Under the pieces are notes generated by a model that saw nothing but the letters and a program-made list of their open reading frames with translations, had not been told where the DNA came from and did no database searches. From positions 1 to 53,282 of IMG/VR virus record IMGVR_UViG_3300021471_000002: a stretch of DNA of 53,282 bases. One strand, 5' to 3'. This document shows positions 51,590 through 53,282 of this stretch, in pieces. The stretch is from a virus (Duplodnaviria; Caudoviricetes). The position numbers and the translations under genes were made by a program. Positions within the stretch are counted from its first letter, which is position 1; the number at the start of each line of letters is the position of its first letter.

Positions 51590-53041
51590 ATGCCAGGCGA
51601 CGGGGGTTTTCTGGTCGAGCGGGGGTTCATCGTCAATCTGTTCGCGCAGTCCGGTGACGCCGGCGGCTCGCCGGCGGCGCGGGCTTTGGCCGGCGAGCCG
51701 ATCCTGATCATACCGCGAGGCACATTCCACCGGCTGGGTCGCACATTCACGGTGGACGACGGGGTGATCGCCGATTTCGTGGAAAACTGGCTGCATCGCG
51801 GTGAACGCGGCATCAGGCGTACACGGCTGGCGGTGGACACGGATCACAACGGCCGCGCGGTGGGTTGGTATGCCGACATCCTGCCGCTCGACGGCGGCCT
51901 GGGGGCGACGTTCACCTGGAACGACGCCGGGCGGCGTGCGCTCGAGGATGGCGAGTTCGCATACTTTTCGGCAACCGTCTACTGGCAAATAGTCGATCCG
52001 GTGACCGGCGAGGTCGTGCACAACCAGGTTGGCGGTGGCGCATTGACTAATTATCCGTTTTTCGGCGAAGAGACGGCGCTGTATTCCCTGCGCGTGGGGG
52101 GTGTTGGGAGTACGGCGCCGGTCTTTTTCGCCGTCACAAAAACCGAGGACGGTGTACAGTACCCGGCGCGGGCATACCTGGTGGTAGAGGACCCGGCCAA
52201 GCCGACGACCTGGCACTTGCGCGTGTACTCCTGGCAGGACGGAGAACTGCGGCCAGATCATCGGCTGATGGGTGCGGCCAAGGCGGCGCTGTTATCGCCG
52301 GGCGGCCACCGGGGCAATCGGTACACCGGGCCGCAGCGTGAGGAGGCGATCCGCAAGCTGCGGGCGTTGTATGAATCAGAGGGTTTGGAATTTAGAGCAA
52401 AAGGAGGCAGTGTTATGAACGAGAACATCACGCTGGAGCGACTCGGCGACTGGTTGGTGGGGTTGTTCTCCCGCCTGCCGCCGGTCGACGACGGCACCGG
52501 CGGCGGCGAGAGCGATGCCGGCGGCGGTGGCGACGAGCGGCTTGTGGAGTTGTCTACTCAAATTGACAGTCTGCGCGAGCAGTTCGAGCAGGTAGTCGAA
52601 GAGCGGGATCAGTACCGCCGGCAGATCGAGGAGCTGCGCGGAACGGTGGCGCAGGTGCAGGACGAGCGAGATGCCGAGCGGTTTGCGCAGATGGTGCGGA
52701 GCGAGTTCGCGCATCTGCCGACGACCGCCGACGAGCTGGCGGCTCACATCCGCTGGTTGCACGAGACGGATGTTGCCGGCGATGACGGCACTCAGGTGCA
52801 CGCGGAGTTTTTCTGCGAGCTGTTGCGGCGAGCCGATGCCGAATTTGCACGCGCCTTCGCCGAACGCGGTCACGGCCGCGTCATCAGCGGCGGGGCAATG
52901 CAGGCAATTGACAGCGCGGTAGCCGAATACCGCAAAGAGCATCCCGACGTTGACTACGACGTGGCGCTCGGTGCGGTGCTGGCGCTCAAGCCGGAGCTGT
53001 TCGCCGCCTACGAGGATGAACGGGAACGAGGAGGTGTGTGA
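51590..53041 (+). CDS. Mu gpI-like prohead protease + scaffold
   Basis: IIP.G.F, VD.DH..AVGW, W...G...L....F.Y.SA, GALTN.PF; acidic coiled-coil C-half; in-frame internal SD+ATG at 52415. Confidence 0.82.
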   Translation: MPGDGGFLVERGFIVNLFAQSGDAGGSPAARALAGEPILIIPRGTFHRLGRTFTVDDGVIADFVENWLHRGERGIRRTRLAVDTDHNGRAVGWYADILPLDGGLGATFTWNDAGRRALEDGEFAYFSATVYWQIVDPVTGEVVHNQVGGGALTNYPFFGEETALYSLRVGGVGSTAPVFFAVTKTEDGVQYPARAYLVVEDPAKPTTWHLRVYSWQDGELRPDHRLMGAAKAALLSPGGHRGNRYTGPQREEAIRKLRALYESEGLEFRAKGGSVMNENITLERLGDWLVGLFSRLPPVDDGTGGGESDAGGGGDERLVELSTQIDSLREQFEQVVEERDQYRRQIEELRGTVAQVQDERDAERFAQMVRSEFAHLPTTADELAAHIRWLHETDVAGDDGTQVHAEFFCELLRRADAEFARAFAERGHGRVISGGAMQAIDSAVAEYRKEHPDVDYDVALGAVLALKPELFAAYEDERERGGV

Positions 53042-53282
53042 TGGCTGTTGAAGCTCAGGGTGCGTATATCCTGCGGTCGTGGCCGGCGGGCGAGGATTTG
53101 TCGGCCAAACAGTTCAGGTTTGTAAAACTGTCGTCCGGCACTGTCGTGGCGTGCGCCGCCGCTACCGACATCCCGGTCGGTGTGTTGCAGAACAAGCCAA
53201 CCACCGGCAGGGCAGCGGAGGTCTGTGTGTTGGGACCGACGAAGGTCGAGGCGGACGGTGCAATCACGGCCGGCGGGCTGAT
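53041..53282 (+). CDS. Head decoration/capsid cement protein (DUF2190-like), 5' part; continues at 128-278 across the join (130 aa total)
   Basis: ATG 53041 overlaps the protease TGA; MAVEAQGAYILRSWPAGEDLSAKQFRFVKL...PVGVLQNKP; lies between scaffold and MCP. Confidence 0.8.
   Translation, partial: MAVEAQGAYILRSWPAGEDLSAKQFRFVKLSSGTVVACAAATDIPVGVLQNKPTTGRAAEVCVLGPTKVEADGAITAGGL
53156..53282. repeat. Exact terminal direct repeat (copy 2)
   Basis: Identical to 1-127. Confidence 0.95.

Noticed and set aside
53156-53282. 127-bp terminal repeat as a biological DTR
   Set aside because: It falls mid-gene and equals a common assembler k-mer length, so it indicates circularity rather than virion ends.

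Overview
This window is an apparently complete, circular tailed-phage genome of about 53,155 bp. Bases 1-127 are repeated exactly at 53156-53282, and the head-decoration gene reads through the join. The + strand arm (41.5 kb through the join to 22.1 kb) carries two ParB-N/DNA-methyltransferase genes, TerS, TerL, a portal fused to a head-morphogenesis domain, a C39-like peptidase plus holin, a Mu-type protease/scaffold, cement, major capsid, neck, tail tube, a frameshifted tail chaperone, a 2077-aa tape measure and tail-tip/fibre genes. No sheath was found, so it is siphovirus-like. The - strand arm (41.35 to 22.1 kb) carries a Phd-like regulator, a TM+wHTH protein, a soluble FtsK/TraB-like translocase, a nuclease, an island of small ORFs separated by hairpin repeats, a HAD phosphatase, an ECF-sigma-like protein, a Ycf46-like AAA+ ATPase, an initiator with iteron-like repeats plus a DnaC-like loader, DUF1257/DUF2997/DUF3150-like genes with an HrpA/B-like DEAH helicase among them, a RecT-like protein and DUF3560. 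A second antisense small-ORF island interrupts the head module at 48.7-50.15 kb. No integrase or classical CI repressor was recognised. A Chloroflexota (Anaerolineae-like) host is inferred from protein resemblance only. The most interesting items are the Ycf46-AAA/Ycf35/DUF2997/DUF3150-like module with the DEAH helicase, the TraB/Spd-like DNA-transfer module, a C4/CI-type antisense RNA leader on the initiator, and two promoter-sharing hairpin-cassette islands, one with a possible ring-nuclease anti-CRISPR. All family assignments come from motif recognition by eye, not database searches.
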